Assembly: GCA_963793265.1 (NCBI GenBank)
Contig: CAWBZI010000001.1
Location: 1,568,001 to 1,632,000 of the forward strand
Reading direction: 5' to 3'
Origin: an uncultured cyanobacterium
GTDB lineage: Bacteria > Cyanobacteriota > Cyanobacteriia > Phormidesmidales > Phormidesmidaceae
DNA: 64,000 bases
Positions within the stretch are counted from its first letter, which is position 1, and every line of letters starts with the position of its first letter. A program made the translations under genes and the position numbers. This document shows, in pieces, positions 1 through 12,200 of the stretch. The notes under the pieces were generated by a model. It did not search any database. It was not told the DNA's origin and was given only the letters and a program-made list of their open reading frames with translations.

Positions 1-358
1 ACACCCATTCGTCAACGTCTCGCTCCTTGCCTAGCGTAGACCTACCGCCCGGTAAGTCTATCAGTGCATCTCTAGAGGAAATATCAAAGCCCAGCGTCTG
101 CGAATAGCCCCGGATTAAATCATAGGGATCGACGGGTGCCGTTTGCAGCGTGACGGTCTGACCGTTGGTGTAGGTCATAAAGCTTTGGAAAGGAACTGCA
201 ACAATGATTGCCGATTGAATGAGCATCGCAGCCCAAAATCGGCCTGCTAGAAAGCGCGGTGTCCGAGGTGGCGTAGCGGTGATCACCTCTCTTGAATTGG
301 GTAAAACTGGATTGCTCATAATTTCTCTCGTAGTTTTTCTCAACAACTTCCTGAACAT
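1..358 (-). CDS. GDYXXLXY-domain membrane-anchored protein (runs off window start)
   Basis: Not in the ORF track. Manual translation gives ...RFWAAMLIQSAIIVAVPFQSFMTYTNGQTVTLQTAPVDPYDLIRGYSQTLGFDIS..., the family motif. Start is ATG 358 (overlaps the DUF2157 stop) or ATG 319. Usual partner of DUF2157. Confidence 0.8.
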   Translation of the reverse strand, partial: MFRKLLRKTTREIMSNPVLPNSREVITATPPRTPRFLAGRFWAAMLIQSAIIVAVPFQSFMTYTNGQTVTLQTAPVDPYDLIRGYSQTLGFDISSRDALIDLPGGRSTLGKERDVDEWV

Positions 359-1794
359 CAAGCAGAGGGTAGCGCCGTTGACCGCCGTGCTTTTTTCTCA
401 AACCAAAGACCGGCCACAATAATGCCAATACCGCAAGCGCCTAGCACTAACGCCTTGAGCATTAATCCAGTGTCGTACTCAAACATACGACTCACAAGGC
501 CGATAACAACAATGCCCATCCCGCCCCAAAAGCGATGGCGAATACCCAGCAGCGTGCCGTCGTGTAGCATTGCAAAGCCGATAAAGAACAAAACTATGTT
601 TGCGATCACCACCCCGTAAACAAACGATCGCTCAATCCACCAAACAATCACCTGAGAAGAAGGAATGAAAACTAAGCATCCCATCACAACTAAAACAACG
701 ATAAAGGCAGGCGTTCTCATCCAAAGCGCGTTTGGAATAGAGTGCTGGCGCGATCTCAGGAACCATCGCCAGAAACCATAAGCAGTCAGTAGCCAGAGCA
801 AAGCCAGCCCTAGCAAAAATGGATAAGGAGCCGTGTATTCCCGCTGCCCGTAAAAAAGTGTGCCTTCTGTCCAAACAACTTCAAAAGAATAGCCATAGGC
901 GGCAATGCTCAGAAACCAAATCGCCAGCGATCGCCCAATCGACATAAAGGGATCCACCTGCCCGCTATCTATCGGCCCTACCGCTCGCCTCCAGAACTGA
1001 GAGTGATACACCCACAACAAAGCCGGTGGCAGCAAGAATACCGCTGTCACTAAAGCCGGACTCCAAGCTGCTACCCGCGTAGTATCAGCCGACAGCAGCA
1101 TCGTCATCAGTCCAACGCCCCACAGCCCGTAGAGCACACGTGAGCGGCACCAGTGCGCCAGCGGTAGATACAGCGGCGTTATCAACAGCGGCAGATACGC
1201 AACCAGTATTCCTATCCAGGAGCTACCTATTCCTGAATCTCCCCAAACACCGCCCCAGCTCGAACCCCAGTGACTCATAAAAATCAGAATCCACGACAGC
1301 ACACCCAAACTGGTCAGCCGCAGCGAGTAGGCCATCACCAGCACCCCCAATCCCCACACCAAATACAGTCCATATACAGAACCGCTTTGATGAAACATCT
1401 GAGACACCAGCCCAATATTTGCGCCCATAATCAGCGCCCCTGAAAGCAACAGACCATTGCCCAACCAGGATGAGCCCAGTTGCCGATCTGAACGTCGCCA
1501 CAGATAAAAGCCAGCCGCATTCACGCTCAAAAATGCGCTGAATATTACCGCCATTCGAAGCAGCCGCGACCACGCCTGCCAGTTAGCCGCCACCAGCGTA
1601 ATCGCACCCAAACCTAACAATATTCCGCCCAAACCCAAGAGTACGGCAGTGAACCGGCTGCTTGAGCTATTTCCAAGCTGCTCGAACCGATAGCGCGATG
1701 CTAATTGCTCGTATATAGCTGTATCAATTACACCTTCTTGCTGCCATTTGGCCGACTCAGCGCGTAGCTCTCGTCGAAATTTCTCTGTACTCAT
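358..1794 (-). CDS. DUF2157-domain membrane protein
   Basis: N-terminal W..EG.ID......L..RY followed by LGG.LLGLG.ITLVAANWQ; many TM helices. Confidence 0.85.
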   Translation of the reverse strand: MSTEKFRRELRAESAKWQQEGVIDTAIYEQLASRYRFEQLGNSSSSRFTAVLLGLGGILLGLGAITLVAANWQAWSRLLRMAVIFSAFLSVNAAGFYLWRRSDRQLGSSWLGNGLLLSGALIMGANIGLVSQMFHQSGSVYGLYLVWGLGVLVMAYSLRLTSLGVLSWILIFMSHWGSSWGGVWGDSGIGSSWIGILVAYLPLLITPLYLPLAHWCRSRVLYGLWGVGLMTMLLSADTTRVAAWSPALVTAVFLLPPALLWVYHSQFWRRAVGPIDSGQVDPFMSIGRSLAIWFLSIAAYGYSFEVVWTEGTLFYGQREYTAPYPFLLGLALLWLLTAYGFWRWFLRSRQHSIPNALWMRTPAFIVVLVVMGCLVFIPSSQVIVWWIERSFVYGVVIANIVLFFIGFAMLHDGTLLGIRHRFWGGMGIVVIGLVSRMFEYDTGLMLKALVLGACGIGIIVAGLWFEKKARRSTALPSA

Positions 1795-2024
1795 CGCCGT
1801 TCTCTTTACCCAATTTCAACAAAAGGAAAGTGCCTTTGTCTCTAAATTGACGGAAATAAGCTTAAAAAAAGAGACAAAAGGTGACGGCTTTCGATCTGGA
1901 TAGAAATCGCGACGCCTTATGAGGATAAGGAAAAAGGTAACAGCAAAGCCTAAATCGTTTAATACAGAAGGTAGGCTTGCCCGCTAAGATAAAGCACTGA
2001 GCGAACTGTCTGCTTCTGTTTTAT

Positions 2025-2939
2025 ATGGCCCCTTTTCAACCGCAGTCCAAACGTGAGCGCAAGCATCAGTCAATGCGTTTCAAGCGCGAAGTTGACGATC
2101 TTATTCGAGGCGTTTGCGGCGGTTTCTTATTTGGCATTCCTCTGCTTTACACCATGGAAGTGTGGTGGATTGGCTCAGTGGCAAGGCCGTCACAACTGAT
2201 AGGGGTGTTGGTTGCAACGCTATTAGGTACCTATTTACTTAGCCGCACAGCAGGGTTTCGTAAGGCCAAAGCGACTACGGAGCGAGAGGCGATTGGAGAC
2301 GCAGTTGAGGCGATCGCAATCGGCATCATCTGCGCTACGCTCATGCTCATCACCTTGCAGCAAATCACCTTCGACACCCGTATCAGCGAGTCTTTAGGCA
2401 AAATTATTTTTGAGAGTGTGCCTTTCACGCTAGGGGTAGCCCTTGCCAACCAGCTTTTACAGGATTCCGACTCAGACGACTCAGGCGACTCGAAACAACC
2501 GAACGATTCTCACTCAGAGCGCTTTTACCCCGAGGGCAATCTTAACGAAACGCTCTCTGATATTGGCGCAACCCTGATCGGAGCCACAATCATTGCCTTC
2601 AGCATCGCCCCTACTGATGAGGTGACAGTACTCGTCGCTGCCGTCGATGGGCCATGGCTAATGCTGACAGTGCTGATCTCTTTAGTGATCTCTTACTGCA
2701 TTGTTTTCCAGGCAAACTTCTCGCGGCAAGGGCAAAGGCGGTTACAAAAAGGGCCATTTCAACAGCCGCTTAGCGAGACGGTCTTCGCCTACCTAATATC
2801 GCTATTTGCTGCCGGGCTGATGCTTGGCTTTTTCCGAAAAATCGATCCGGGTGCGCCGTTAGAACTTGCCTTTCGCCAGATCCTAATTTTAGGACTGCCT
2901 GCAACCATTGGCGGTGCTGCAGGGAGATTGACACTTTGA
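2025..2939 (+). CDS. TIGR02587 family integral membrane protein (DUF2391)
   Basis: GGFLFGIPLLYTMEVWWIG, APTDEV and C-terminal LGLPATIGGAAGRL motifs. Confidence 0.85.
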   Translation: MAPFQPQSKRERKHQSMRFKREVDDLIRGVCGGFLFGIPLLYTMEVWWIGSVARPSQLIGVLVATLLGTYLLSRTAGFRKAKATTEREAIGDAVEAIAIGIICATLMLITLQQITFDTRISESLGKIIFESVPFTLGVALANQLLQDSDSDDSGDSKQPNDSHSERFYPEGNLNETLSDIGATLIGATIIAFSIAPTDEVTVLVAAVDGPWLMLTVLISLVISYCIVFQANFSRQGQRRLQKGPFQQPLSETVFAYLISLFAAGLMLGFFRKIDPGAPLELAFRQILILGLPATIGGAAGRLTL

Positions 2940-3316
2940 GTAAAGCTTCCTCAACGGCAGAGAAGATCAGCTTTTTGATGGCGGCGGCAATTGTGTTAGC
3001 TATTTTTGGGGGCGTGGGTTATCTGTGGACGCGCGATCGCAATCAAGACCCGCCTATCTTACAAGTCACCACCGAAATAGAGCAGCGTCAGGGCCAGTAC
3101 TATGTGCCATTCACCGTCACCAACGCAGGTGGGAAAACCGCAGCCACCGTGCAGGTTATGGCAGAACTGTGGGTTGATGGTGAGCTAGTCGAGTGGGGCG
3201 AGCAGCAGTTTGACTTTCTTTCTAGCCAGGAAGAAGCAGAAGGATCGTTTATCTTTGTTCGCAATCCTGAAGAAGGTGAGCTAACCGTCAGGGTCGCTGG
3301 TTATCAAGCACCCTAA
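2936..3316 (+). CDS. TIGR02588 family protein
   Basis: N-terminal [23 protein letters not shown]; overlaps the TIGR02587 stop, its usual partner. Confidence 0.8.
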   Translation: MSKASSTAEKISFLMAAAIVLAIFGGVGYLWTRDRNQDPPILQVTTEIEQRQGQYYVPFTVTNAGGKTAATVQVMAELWVDGELVEWGEQQFDFLSSQEEAEGSFIFVRNPEEGELTVRVAGYQAP

Positions 3317-3348
3317 GAAAAGATGTTCATAGAAAAAGAGGCACCATC

Positions 3349-4356
3349 ATGCAAGCAATTGGTTACAGAGACGCAGGCCCCATCTCATCGGCAAACGCAC
3401 TCACCTTGTTTGAAACTGAAAAGCCGCAGCCTGGCCCAAACGATCTACTCGTAGCAGTCCGAGGCGTTTCGGTGAATCCGGTTGATACCAAAGTACGGGC
3501 AAACGCTCAACCTGATGGCGAATATCGCATTCTTGGGTTTGACGCCGCTGGTGTTGTAGAAGCAGTTGGCTCAAAAGTGACAAGATTTCAGCCGGGCGAC
3601 GAAGTGTTCTATGCAGGCGACATCACTCGCCCAGGAACTAACGCCGAGTTTCACGTAGTTGATGAGCGCATCGTTGGCAAAAAACCAGCATCGCTTGGTT
3701 TCGCAGAGGCTGCCGGAATGCCGCTAACCAGTATTACGGCTTGGGAAATTTTGTTCGACAGCATAGGGCTCAAAGCGGGAGAAGGCAGCGGCGAATCGCT
3801 GCTCGTTATCGGCGGCGCGGGTGGTGTAGGCTCTATCTTGATCCAACTGGCTAAGAAGCTCACAAATTTAACCGTTATTGCCACCGCGTCGCGTGACGAT
3901 ACGCGCGCTTGGGTTGAAAAGATGGGCGCGGATCATATTGTCAATCACCACAATCCGCTTGACGAAGAGATGAGGGCTCTAGGCATTTCGCCGCGCTATG
4001 TTGCCTCGCTGACGCATACCGGCAGTCACTATGGAGCAATTCAAGCATTGATTAAGCCGCGCGGTCACATTGCTCTGATTGATGATCCAGAGTCGCTTGA
4101 TGCTAGACCCCTAAAAGGCAAAGCGCTTTCCTTGAGTTGGGAACTAATGTTTGTTCGTCCGATGTTTCAAACAGAAGATATGGACGAGCAGCACAAGCTG
4201 TTGAATAGGGTTTCAGAACTTCTCGATGACAGCACGCTAATTGCGACCGCTAACAGTCATGGTGGCGCTCTGAGTGTTGAAAATTTGCGTGCCGCGCATG
4301 AGCTACAGGAAAGCGGCAAGGCGATAGGTAAAACCGTATTGGATGGTTTTACCTAA
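3349..4356 (+). CDS. Zinc-binding alcohol dehydrogenase / quinone oxidoreductase-like MDR protein
   Basis: [40 protein letters not shown] motifs. Confidence 0.9.
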   Translation: MQAIGYRDAGPISSANALTLFETEKPQPGPNDLLVAVRGVSVNPVDTKVRANAQPDGEYRILGFDAAGVVEAVGSKVTRFQPGDEVFYAGDITRPGTNAEFHVVDERIVGKKPASLGFAEAAGMPLTSITAWEILFDSIGLKAGEGSGESLLVIGGAGGVGSILIQLAKKLTNLTVIATASRDDTRAWVEKMGADHIVNHHNPLDEEMRALGISPRYVASLTHTGSHYGAIQALIKPRGHIALIDDPESLDARPLKGKALSLSWELMFVRPMFQTEDMDEQHKLLNRVSELLDDSTLIATANSHGGALSVENLRAAHELQESGKAIGKTVLDGFT

Positions 4357-4363
4357 AACGCGA

Positions 4364-5152
4364 CTACTCAGCCGCGTGATCGTCTACTTTACCAAAGCGG
4401 CGATCGCGCCCCTGAAACGCTTTCATCGCCTGATGAAACTCATCGGTATCAAAGTCAGGCCACAGCGTATCGGTAATGTAAAACTCCGAATAGGCAAGCT
4501 GCCAGAGCAGGAAATTACTGATCCGCATTTCGCCGCTGGTGCGGATGAGCAAATCGGGGTCGCTGATATCAGATGTGTAGAGGTGGCGGCTAAAGAGAGA
4601 TTCGTCAATGTCTTCGGGCTGGAGCTGGCCTGCTTTTACCTGGGTTGCGATCGCCCGACAAGCCTGCAAAATCTCCTGCCGCCCGCCATAATTCGTCGCC
4701 ACCGAAAACCGAATACCCGTATTCTGTGCCGTCTCCTGCACCGCCCGGTCAATCTCCTGTTGCAGCGTATCTGGCAGCGCCGAAAGATTGCCGACAAACT
4801 GAATTCGCACGCCCTCTTCCATCATCTCTTTTAGCTCCTGCCTCAGCACTCGCTCAAACAGCGTCATCAGAAAATCGACCTCGCGCGTAGGTCGTCCCCA
4901 GTTCTCGGTTGAAAACGCATAGGCCGTCAGCGCATCCACACCCCAGTCTCGGCAGCAGCGCAGCAGCTTTTTGAGCGTATCAACACCCTTACGATGACCC
5001 ATGATCCTGGGTAACCCTCGGCGCTTAGCCCAGCGGCCATTGCCATCCATAATCACCGCGACATGGGAAGGCATTCGAGTGGGCAGCAAATCTGTCGGTA
5101 GCGACAGAGAAGACGCTGAAGGCGCAATAGAAGCACCAGAATTGGCTGTCAT
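4364..5152 (-). CDS. uppS: Isoprenyl transferase (undecaprenyl diphosphate synthase)
   Basis: [52 protein letters not shown]. Confidence 0.97.
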   Translation of the reverse strand: MTANSGASIAPSASSLSLPTDLLPTRMPSHVAVIMDGNGRWAKRRGLPRIMGHRKGVDTLKKLLRCCRDWGVDALTAYAFSTENWGRPTREVDFLMTLFERVLRQELKEMMEEGVRIQFVGNLSALPDTLQQEIDRAVQETAQNTGIRFSVATNYGGRQEILQACRAIATQVKAGQLQPEDIDESLFSRHLYTSDISDPDLLIRTSGEMRISNFLLWQLAYSEFYITDTLWPDFDTDEFHQAMKAFQGRDRRFGKVDDHAAE

Positions 5153-6030
5153 TTCTTTTCCTGGGGAGAGGAGCGGGGGAGCTTACGCTTGATCGCGCTT
5201 AAAAAGTTAATCCCTTTTAGGCTCAGCCGCCGTCCTAAGCTTCGTAGCTGAGGGGCAACCGTATCGCCGTCAGTCGTAGGCGAAAACTTATCAAGCAGCA
5301 GTTCCCTCAGTTTACTGCTGGTCAGGGGGCGGTTTAACATTCCTTGCTCGGCCACCGAAATCGAGCCGGTTTCTTCAGAAACCACCACGCAAAGGCAGTG
5401 CTCCACACGCTCGGTAATGCCCATCGCCGCCCGGTGCCGAGTGCCAAGCTGCCGAGAAGCATCTCTTTCAGAAATCGGCAAAATGACGCCTGCTGCCAAT
5501 ATCCGCGATCCGCGAATGAGTACGGCTCCATCGTGTAGCAGCGTCGTCGTTTGAAAAATAGTCTGCAATAGCTCCCGCGATAGCTCCGCGTTCAGCCGTA
5601 CGCCCGGCACAGAAAAAGCGCTTTCTTCAATCGGCTCGTCGGTTTCCAAAATCATTAGCGCGCCGGTTCGATTTTGGCTCAGCCCTTTTACTGCCTCCAC
5701 TAGCTCATCAATCACGCTATTGGCCGTCGAAAGCTGGCTCTCTTGCCCAACAAATAGCTGACCAATTTCGCCGCGACCAAGCTGTTCTAGCAGCCGCCGG
5801 AACTCGGGCACCAGCATAATTGCCAGCGCCACCGAAGCGCCTAGCAGCAACTTGTCCATCACAAAATTGAGCAGCCACAGGTCTGCCGCCTTGCTTAGCA
5901 AAGTAGCGGCCATCAGTACAAGCAGCCCTTGCACCATCCACATCGTCCGGCGATCGCCACGAATCACCATCAGCACTGCATAAACCAGTGCCACAACGAG
6001 GCAAATATCAATGATGGTGCCATACCACAA
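5149..6030 (-). CDS. cdaA: Diadenylate cyclase
   Basis: Three N-terminal TMs, LHDGA, GTRHRAA, VVSEETG; lysA-cdaA-uppS synteny. Confidence 0.95.
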   Translation of the reverse strand: MWYGTIIDICLVVALVYAVLMVIRGDRRTMWMVQGLLVLMAATLLSKAADLWLLNFVMDKLLLGASVALAIMLVPEFRRLLEQLGRGEIGQLFVGQESQLSTANSVIDELVEAVKGLSQNRTGALMILETDEPIEESAFSVPGVRLNAELSRELLQTIFQTTTLLHDGAVLIRGSRILAAGVILPISERDASRQLGTRHRAAMGITERVEHCLCVVVSEETGSISVAEQGMLNRPLTSSKLRELLLDKFSPTTDGDTVAPQLRSLGRRLSLKGINFLSAIKRKLPRSSPQEKK

Positions 6031-6098
6031 GAGTCAGACCTGCTTCATGAGATGCCGGTTCAATCTAGGAATATGCGCTTTGAGCGCACCCGGCAGCT

Positions 6099-7508
6099 TT
6101 ACTTTACGGGTTTTAGGGAATTTGGCAACCGATCTTGACGAACCAAATCTTCATAGGTTTCACGGCGCAAAATCACCTCGGCCTGGCCCTGATTTACCAA
6201 CACCGCCGCCGGACGCGGTACCCGGTTGTAGTTGGAGGACATGCTGTAGTTATAAGCGCCCGTGGCAGGCACGACCACCACATCACCGGCTTCTAGCGGT
6301 GGCAGTGTTGCCGACTGTATCACTACATCGCCCGACTCGCAGTGCTTACCGGCCAAGGTCACCGTTTCAGATAGCGGCGCAGACATCTTACTCGCGGCAA
6401 GTGCTCTGTACTCTGACTGATAGGTAATGGGGCGCGGATTGTCAGACATGCCGCCGTCTACAGAGACGTAGGTGCGGATGCCGGGTACAGTTTTTTGGCC
6501 GCCGACGGTGTAGGCCGTAACGCAGGCAGAGCCGATGAGCGATCGCCCCGGTTCACACAAAATCTTCGGCAAAGGCAAATCAGCCGACTTGCAAGCCGCC
6601 GCCAGGCTTTCACACACCGTCTTTGCCCACGCATCAATGCTCGGGGGATCGTCAGACTCGGTATAGCGAATGCCCAAGCCACCACCAATATCAATCTGCT
6701 CAATCGGCAGACCGTACTTATTCGCCGTTTGGAACCAGCGCACCATCACGCCGGGGAGATCTTCATGCGGCTGTAGTTCAAAAATCTGCGAGCCAATATG
6801 CGCGTGTAGGCCAACGCAGTTCAGGCTATCGCCCTGCTGAGAAATGAACTCAAACACTTCTTCTAGCTGATCAGGGTCAAAGCCAAATTTGCTGTCGATG
6901 TGGCCGGTCTGAATATATTCGTGAGTATGGCACTCAATCCCAGGCGTCAGTCGTAGCAGAATCGTTGCCTTTTGTTCGCCGCTGGCTAGCTCGTTGAGCG
7001 TTTTTAGCTCGTGCCAGTTATCAACGACAATATGCGCGCCTGCTGCTAGGCCCAGCTTCAGCTCGTCTAGCGACTTATTGTTGCCATGGAAGTACAGGTT
7101 TTCGCTTTTAGCGCCTGCATCTATCGCGGTTTGCAGTTCACCGCCTGAAACAACATCAATGCCGATGCCTTCTTGAGAGGCGATCGCACACACCGCCAAG
7201 CAGTTCCAAGCCTTAGAGGCATACACAATCAGCGACTCGCCTGGATAGTGCTTTTCAAAAGACTGCTTATACTGCTGGCAAGATTCTCGCAGCGTATGCT
7301 CATCTAATATATAGAGCGGCGATCCAAACTCTTCAACCAGGCTCACCACATCACAGCCACCCACCACCAGATGGTCTTTCTCATTCACCTTTGCCCCTAA
7401 CGGCAGCAGCAGTTGATTAGGTGAGGCATCAGATTCACTAGATATGTATTGCAGGCTCGTTGTCTGTGATGCTGAAGCTGAGGGAGGCGCTGAAACAGTA
7501 GAAACCAT
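6099..7508 (-). CDS. lysA: Diaminopimelate decarboxylase
   Basis: YASKA (PLP lysine), SKFG, HAHIGSQI, EPGRS, GKHCESGD, GAY. Confidence 0.97.
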   Translation of the reverse strand: MVSTVSAPPSASASQTTSLQYISSESDASPNQLLLPLGAKVNEKDHLVVGGCDVVSLVEEFGSPLYILDEHTLRESCQQYKQSFEKHYPGESLIVYASKAWNCLAVCAIASQEGIGIDVVSGGELQTAIDAGAKSENLYFHGNNKSLDELKLGLAAGAHIVVDNWHELKTLNELASGEQKATILLRLTPGIECHTHEYIQTGHIDSKFGFDPDQLEEVFEFISQQGDSLNCVGLHAHIGSQIFELQPHEDLPGVMVRWFQTANKYGLPIEQIDIGGGLGIRYTESDDPPSIDAWAKTVCESLAAACKSADLPLPKILCEPGRSLIGSACVTAYTVGGQKTVPGIRTYVSVDGGMSDNPRPITYQSEYRALAASKMSAPLSETVTLAGKHCESGDVVIQSATLPPLEAGDVVVVPATGAYNYSMSSNYNRVPRPAAVLVNQGQAEVILRRETYEDLVRQDRLPNSLKPVK

Positions 7509-7629
7509 GGGAAGCTAAAAGATGATATAGAGGTCTGAAGAAAATAGACTTAGACAGTACAGTGTACAATTGGCCGCTCTTAAGTCGCACTTGAGCGATC
7601 GCAAATGTTAGTTAACGTTAGGCATTTTT

Positions 7630-8313
7630 TTGTCCTTTTTAGCCTGCCTGCCCCTCGTAGAAGCTGACATCACCGCCGTCCTAGCGCTCGACCAGCGATG
7701 CTTGGGCGGACTGTGGACGCGCTCAGGCTACAGGCGAGAAATTGAAAGCGACTGTAGCGATTTACGGGTGCTAGTATCCACATCTGATCCAGAGGCTTTG
7801 CGCCTGCGGAGTACAGCCATTTTTGCCACTGCTGATATTACTGATGCTAATTCACCAGCCGCCGAATCCCCACATACTAACTATCTAGCTGCTATCGATC
7901 CGACCGATACCTCATTGTCTAACTATCCAATTCAGCTACTCGGCATTGGCTGTTTGTGGGCTGTTATGGAAGAAGCGCACATCACCACACTGGCAATTGA
8001 GCCGACCTGTCAGGGGCAAAAGCTCGGCCAGTTTTTAATCACTGAGCTTTTGCTTTGCGGTCATCGCAGAGGGTTGACCAGAGCCACGCTAGAAGTTCGA
8101 GCCTCTAATCAGAAGGCACTTAGCCTGTATCAAAAATTTGGCTTTAGGGAGGCCGGGCAGCGCAGGCGGTATTACTCAGATGGTGAGAACGCGCGGATTC
8201 TATGGAGAAGTGGGCTACAAGAGCAGGATTTTTTAGGGCAGATTGAGCAGAGAAGGGAAGAGGCGATCGCGCATTTCACCCAAACCAATACCTACAAACT
8301 TACGCTTGCCTGA
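7630..8313 (+). CDS. rimI: RimI-type GNAT N-acetyltransferase
   Basis: EEAHITTLAI, ATLEVRASN..A..LYQKFGF...G.RRRYY; upstream of clpC as is typical in cyanobacteria. Confidence 0.85.
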   Translation: MSFLACLPLVEADITAVLALDQRCLGGLWTRSGYRREIESDCSDLRVLVSTSDPEALRLRSTAIFATADITDANSPAAESPHTNYLAAIDPTDTSLSNYPIQLLGIGCLWAVMEEAHITTLAIEPTCQGQKLGQFLITELLLCGHRRGLTRATLEVRASNQKALSLYQKFGFREAGQRRRYYSDGENARILWRSGLQEQDFLGQIEQRREEAIAHFTQTNTYKLTLA

Positions 8314-8666
8314 CTAACGCGCTCTTATACCAGCACGACGCTAGCCGTCTTCGGTAGCTCTGTCTAAAGGCATATTAAATGTCACTGATCCCTCAAAATT
8401 TTCGGTGCTAAAACGAGCCAAACATTTGTTCTTTTTTTCCTTTTTAAAGAGGCAGTTTTATGCACTCACGCTATACCTGTAGCGTATGTAGCTAAATAAA
8501 CAGAGTTATCCTCTATTGACTGCCTACTAACAGAGAGCAGCGAGTGAATAATCGGCATAGCAAACGCTAATATCCTTTAGGGGTAGTGAATACCGCCCGC
8601 GTCCTCCGAAATTTTGCTGTGCTAGAATCACAGCAACCAGCCCGTAGCAGGTGATGGAATACCGCC

Positions 8667-11150
8667 ATGTTTGAACGCTTTACAGAAAAGGCCATTAAGG
8701 TCATCATGCTTGCCCAAGAAGAGGCCCGCCGTCTGGGTCATAACTTCGTTGGCACAGAGCAGATTCTTCTCGGACTCATTGGAGAAGGCACAGGAGTCGC
8801 AGCCAAAGTACTGAAATCAATGGGGGTCAACCTCAAAGACGCTCGGATTGAAGTCGAAAAGATTATTGGTCGCGGGTCAGGTTTCGTTGCCGTTGAGATC
8901 CCATTTACGCCTAGAGCCAAGCGCGTTCTTGAGCTATCGCTTGAGGAAGCCCGGCAGCTAGGACATAACTACATTGGCACAGAGCACCTATTGCTCGGCC
9001 TGATTCGTGAAGGTGAAGGCGTTGCCGCTCGGGTACTCGAAAACTTAGGCGTAGACCTTTCTAAGGTACGCACCCAAGTCATTCGGATGCTGGGCGAAAC
9101 GGCTGAAGTCTCTGGGGGCTCAGGCGCTCAGGGTCGCACCAAAACTCCTACGCTAGACGAGTTTGGCTCAAACCTGACTCAGATGGCGATTGATGGCAAG
9201 CTTGACCCCGTGGTCGGTCGCCAAAAAGAAATCGAGCGCGTCATTCAAATTCTAGGACGCCGTACTAAAAATAATCCTGTACTCATTGGCGAGCCTGGCG
9301 TTGGTAAAACAGCACTGGCCGAAGGCTTAGCCCAGCGCATCGGCAACGGTGACATTCCAGACATATTAGAAGATAAGCGAGTCGTTACGTTAGATATTGG
9401 CTTGCTTGTAGCCGGTACCAAATATCGCGGTGAGTTTGAAGAACGTCTGAAAAAGATCATGGATGAAATTCGCGCCGCCGCGAACGTCATTCTGGTGATT
9501 GACGAGGTTCATACCCTGATTGGGGCAGGTGCCGCTGAAGGCGCGATTGATGCGGCCAACATTCTCAAGCCCGCCTTAGCGCGTGGTGAGCTGCAATGTA
9601 TTGGCGCGACTACCCTTGATGAGTATCGCAAGCACATTGAGCGAGATGCGGCCCTAGAAAGACGCTTCCAGCCGGTGATGGTCGGTGAGCCTAGCGTGGA
9701 GGAGACAATCGAGATTCTTCACGGGTTGCGCGATCGCTACGAGCAGCACCACAAGCTCAAGATTTTAGACGAGTCTTTAGAAGCTGCGGCCACGCTCTCT
9801 GATCGGTACATCTCTGATCGCTTCCTACCGGACAAAGCGATTGACCTAATCGACGAAGCCGGTTCGAGAGTGCGTTTGTTGAACTCTCAGCTACCACCAG
9901 CGGCTAAAGAGCTAGACAAAGAGCTGCGTCAGGTGCTTAAAGATAAGGACAATGCGGTTCGTTCTCAAGACTTTGATAAGGCTGGGGAACTGCGCGATCG
10001 CGAAATGGAAATCAAATCCGAAATTCGCAACATCGCTCAAACCAAGAAAGCTGAAGACGAAGAAAACACCAAAGACACTTCGCCCGAAGTTACCGAAGAG
10101 GACATCGCTCATATCGTCGCTTCCTGGACGGGCGTTCCCGTTCAAAAGCTCACCGAGAGCGAGTCTGAGAAGCTGCTGCATATGGAGGACGTACTCCACC
10201 AGCGCCTGATTGGTCAAGACGAAGCCGTCAAAGCCATCTCGCGGGCAATTCGCCGGGCGCGCGTGGGCCTCAAAAACCCCAACCGTCCAATTGCCAGCTT
10301 TGTATTCTCTGGCCCTACAGGCGTCGGTAAAACCGAGCTTGCTAAGTCCTTAGCCGCCTACTTCTTCGGCGCTGAAGAAGCGATGATTCGCCTCGACATG
10401 TCTGAGTTTATGGAGCGCCACACCGTTTCTAAGCTCATCGGCTCGCCGCCAGGCTATGTCGGCTACAACGAAGGCGGTCAGCTCACCGAAGCCGTACGCC
10501 GTCGCCCTTACACCGTCGTCCTGTTCGACGAGATTGAAAAGGCGCACCCCGACGTATTCAACATGCTGCTGCAAATTTTGGAAGACGGTCGATTGACCGA
10601 CGCCAAAGGCCGCACCGTTGACTTCAAAAACACCTTGCTCATCCTCACCTCTAACATTGGCTCCAAGGTCATTGAAAAAGGTGGCGGTGGCTTAGGCTTC
10701 GAGCTAGAGGCCGACCAGGCAGAGTCGCAGTACAACCGCATTCGCTCTCTGGTTAATGAAGAACTCAAGACGTACTTCCGTCCTGAATTCCTCAACCGCC
10801 TCGACGAGATTATTGTCTTCCGTCAGCTCACTAAGGACGAAGTTAAAGAAATCTCGGTCATCTTGCTCAAAGAAGTCTTCAGCCGACTGGAGCTACAGGG
10901 CATTCGCCTGGAGGTCACTGAGAAATTCAAGGATCGACTGGTGGAGGAAGGCTACAACCCGAGTTATGGCGCAAGGCCGTTACGCAGAGCTATTATGCGA
11001 CTGTTGGAAGATAGCCTGGCTGAGGAGATCCTGTCGGGTCGAATCAAAGATGGCAGCACAGCGGTTGTAGATATTGGCGAAGATAATAAGGTTGTGGTGA
11101 CCTCATCAGCGACTGAGGAAAAGCGAGAGCTTGCCGCTGCTGCTGACTAG
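8667..11150 (+). CDS. clpC: ATP-dependent Clp protease ATP-binding subunit ClpC
   Basis: [31 protein letters not shown], two AAA+ modules ([16 protein letters not shown]), UVR coiled coil. Confidence 0.98.
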   Translation: MFERFTEKAIKVIMLAQEEARRLGHNFVGTEQILLGLIGEGTGVAAKVLKSMGVNLKDARIEVEKIIGRGSGFVAVEIPFTPRAKRVLELSLEEARQLGHNYIGTEHLLLGLIREGEGVAARVLENLGVDLSKVRTQVIRMLGETAEVSGGSGAQGRTKTPTLDEFGSNLTQMAIDGKLDPVVGRQKEIERVIQILGRRTKNNPVLIGEPGVGKTALAEGLAQRIGNGDIPDILEDKRVVTLDIGLLVAGTKYRGEFEERLKKIMDEIRAAANVILVIDEVHTLIGAGAAEGAIDAANILKPALARGELQCIGATTLDEYRKHIERDAALERRFQPVMVGEPSVEETIEILHGLRDRYEQHHKLKILDESLEAAATLSDRYISDRFLPDKAIDLIDEAGSRVRLLNSQLPPAAKELDKELRQVLKDKDNAVRSQDFDKAGELRDREMEIKSEIRNIAQTKKAEDEENTKDTSPEVTEEDIAHIVASWTGVPVQKLTESESEKLLHMEDVLHQRLIGQDEAVKAISRAIRRARVGLKNPNRPIASFVFSGPTGVGKTELAKSLAAYFFGAEEAMIRLDMSEFMERHTVSKLIGSPPGYVGYNEGGQLTEAVRRRPYTVVLFDEIEKAHPDVFNMLLQILEDGRLTDAKGRTVDFKNTLLILTSNIGSKVIEKGGGGLGFELEADQAESQYNRIRSLVNEELKTYFRPEFLNRLDEIIVFRQLTKDEVKEISVILLKEVFSRLELQGIRLEVTEKFKDRLVEEGYNPSYGARPLRRAIMRLLEDSLAEEILSGRIKDGSTAVVDIGEDNKVVVTSSATEEKRELAAAAD

Positions 11151-11422
11151 ATAGCCTTAAATAGCTATCAAACGCTAGAAAAGTAATAGAAGCGCTCGAA
11201 GAGATAATTCTTTGGGCGCTTTTATTTATGAGAATCATCGCCCTAATTTGACGGACTTCGCCAGCGGTTTGTAAACAGAAGTAACGCTGTCTTGCGTTGT
11301 TCCGCAACGAAAATCAATAATTAAAGAAGGGCGGTGTAATCCACATGTCAGGTAATCTTGCTAAGCGGCCTGCTGTGATTTTAAACGCTCAAACTTTCAA
11401 AAAACTCATTGGTAAAGTAGCC

Positions 11423-12070
11423 ATGATTGGTGGAATATTCGAGACGATTGGCAAAACGCTGGGCATTGGTAAAGAAAAGTACTATTTAGAGCTTGATGAC
11501 GCTGCCGAACAGGGCGTAGAGAATCTAAAAGAGGCCGCGACTAAGGCAACTAAAGTCGCTAAGGCTGCGGCGGTAGAAGTGGTAGATAAGGCGCAAGAGA
11601 TCGCAGAGACGGTCACTGACGAAGCGGCTGATAAGGCGAAGGCGACAGCGGCAAAGGGCAAAGAAAAGGCTAAAGAAGTCTCTGCCGATGCCGCTCAGGC
11701 AGGCAAGAAAGCCGCAAATAAGGTTGAAGGAAAAACGGAGGCTGCGGGTAAAGCGGCTAAGAACGCGGCTAAGAAAGGTAAGAAGGCGGCTAAGTCGGCT
11801 GCATCTGCTACGGCTGAAAAGGCACCCGAGCCCAAAGTGGCACCCGAGCCCGAAAAGCCAGCGGCACCTACTGCCGAAGAGATTATTGCTAAGGCGATCG
11901 CAGGCACTAACCATAAAACAAACGACGATGGCAGAGCCGCTGACGCTCCTGATACTTTCTCTACCGACTACCTGATGCCTTTAGGCAATCGCTCTCGCCG
12001 TCGCCCCGGCCCTAGCTTTGGCAAATTCAAAGGCATGGCTAAAGACGTTAACCCTAGACTGAAAAACTAG
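11423..12070 (+). CDS. Hypothetical Ala/Lys-rich protein with conserved-looking termini
   Basis: Long ORF with N-terminal YYLELDD and C-terminal DYLMP..RRRPGPS; start at ATG 11423 is more plausible than 11345. Confidence 0.7.
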   Translation: MIGGIFETIGKTLGIGKEKYYLELDDAAEQGVENLKEAATKATKVAKAAAVEVVDKAQEIAETVTDEAADKAKATAAKGKEKAKEVSADAAQAGKKAANKVEGKTEAAGKAAKNAAKKGKKAAKSAASATAEKAPEPKVAPEPEKPAAPTAEEIIAKAIAGTNHKTNDDGRAADAPDTFSTDYLMPLGNRSRRRPGPSFGKFKGMAKDVNPRLKN

Positions 12071-12122
12071 AGTGTTCAATTGAAGCGTTAACATCAGAAC
12101 CGCAAAAGTGTGGCCGTCGTGC

Positions 12123-12175
12123 AAAGCCGCATCCGAGAAGTTGCCTGTCGTGCTTCTTAGATGCGGCTTATTTTA
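12123..12175. terminator. Hairpin between convergent genes
   Basis: AAGCCGCATC...GATGCGGCTT followed by ATTTT. Confidence 0.55.
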
Positions 12176-12200
12176 TGACTAAAATCTAGCAGGAAATCAT

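Noticed and set aside
120..428. Track ORFs 120..428(-) and 219..422(+)
   Set aside because: The real gene is the GDYXXLXY frame on the minus strand; these are off-frame shadows.
4364..11150. lysA-cdaA-uppS and rimI-clpC clusters as novel
   Set aside because: Known conserved cyanobacterial gene orders.
11525..11900. Ala/Lys-rich stretch as a histone-like protein
   Set aside because: Low complexity alone is insufficient; no regular repeat or DNA-binding domain identified.
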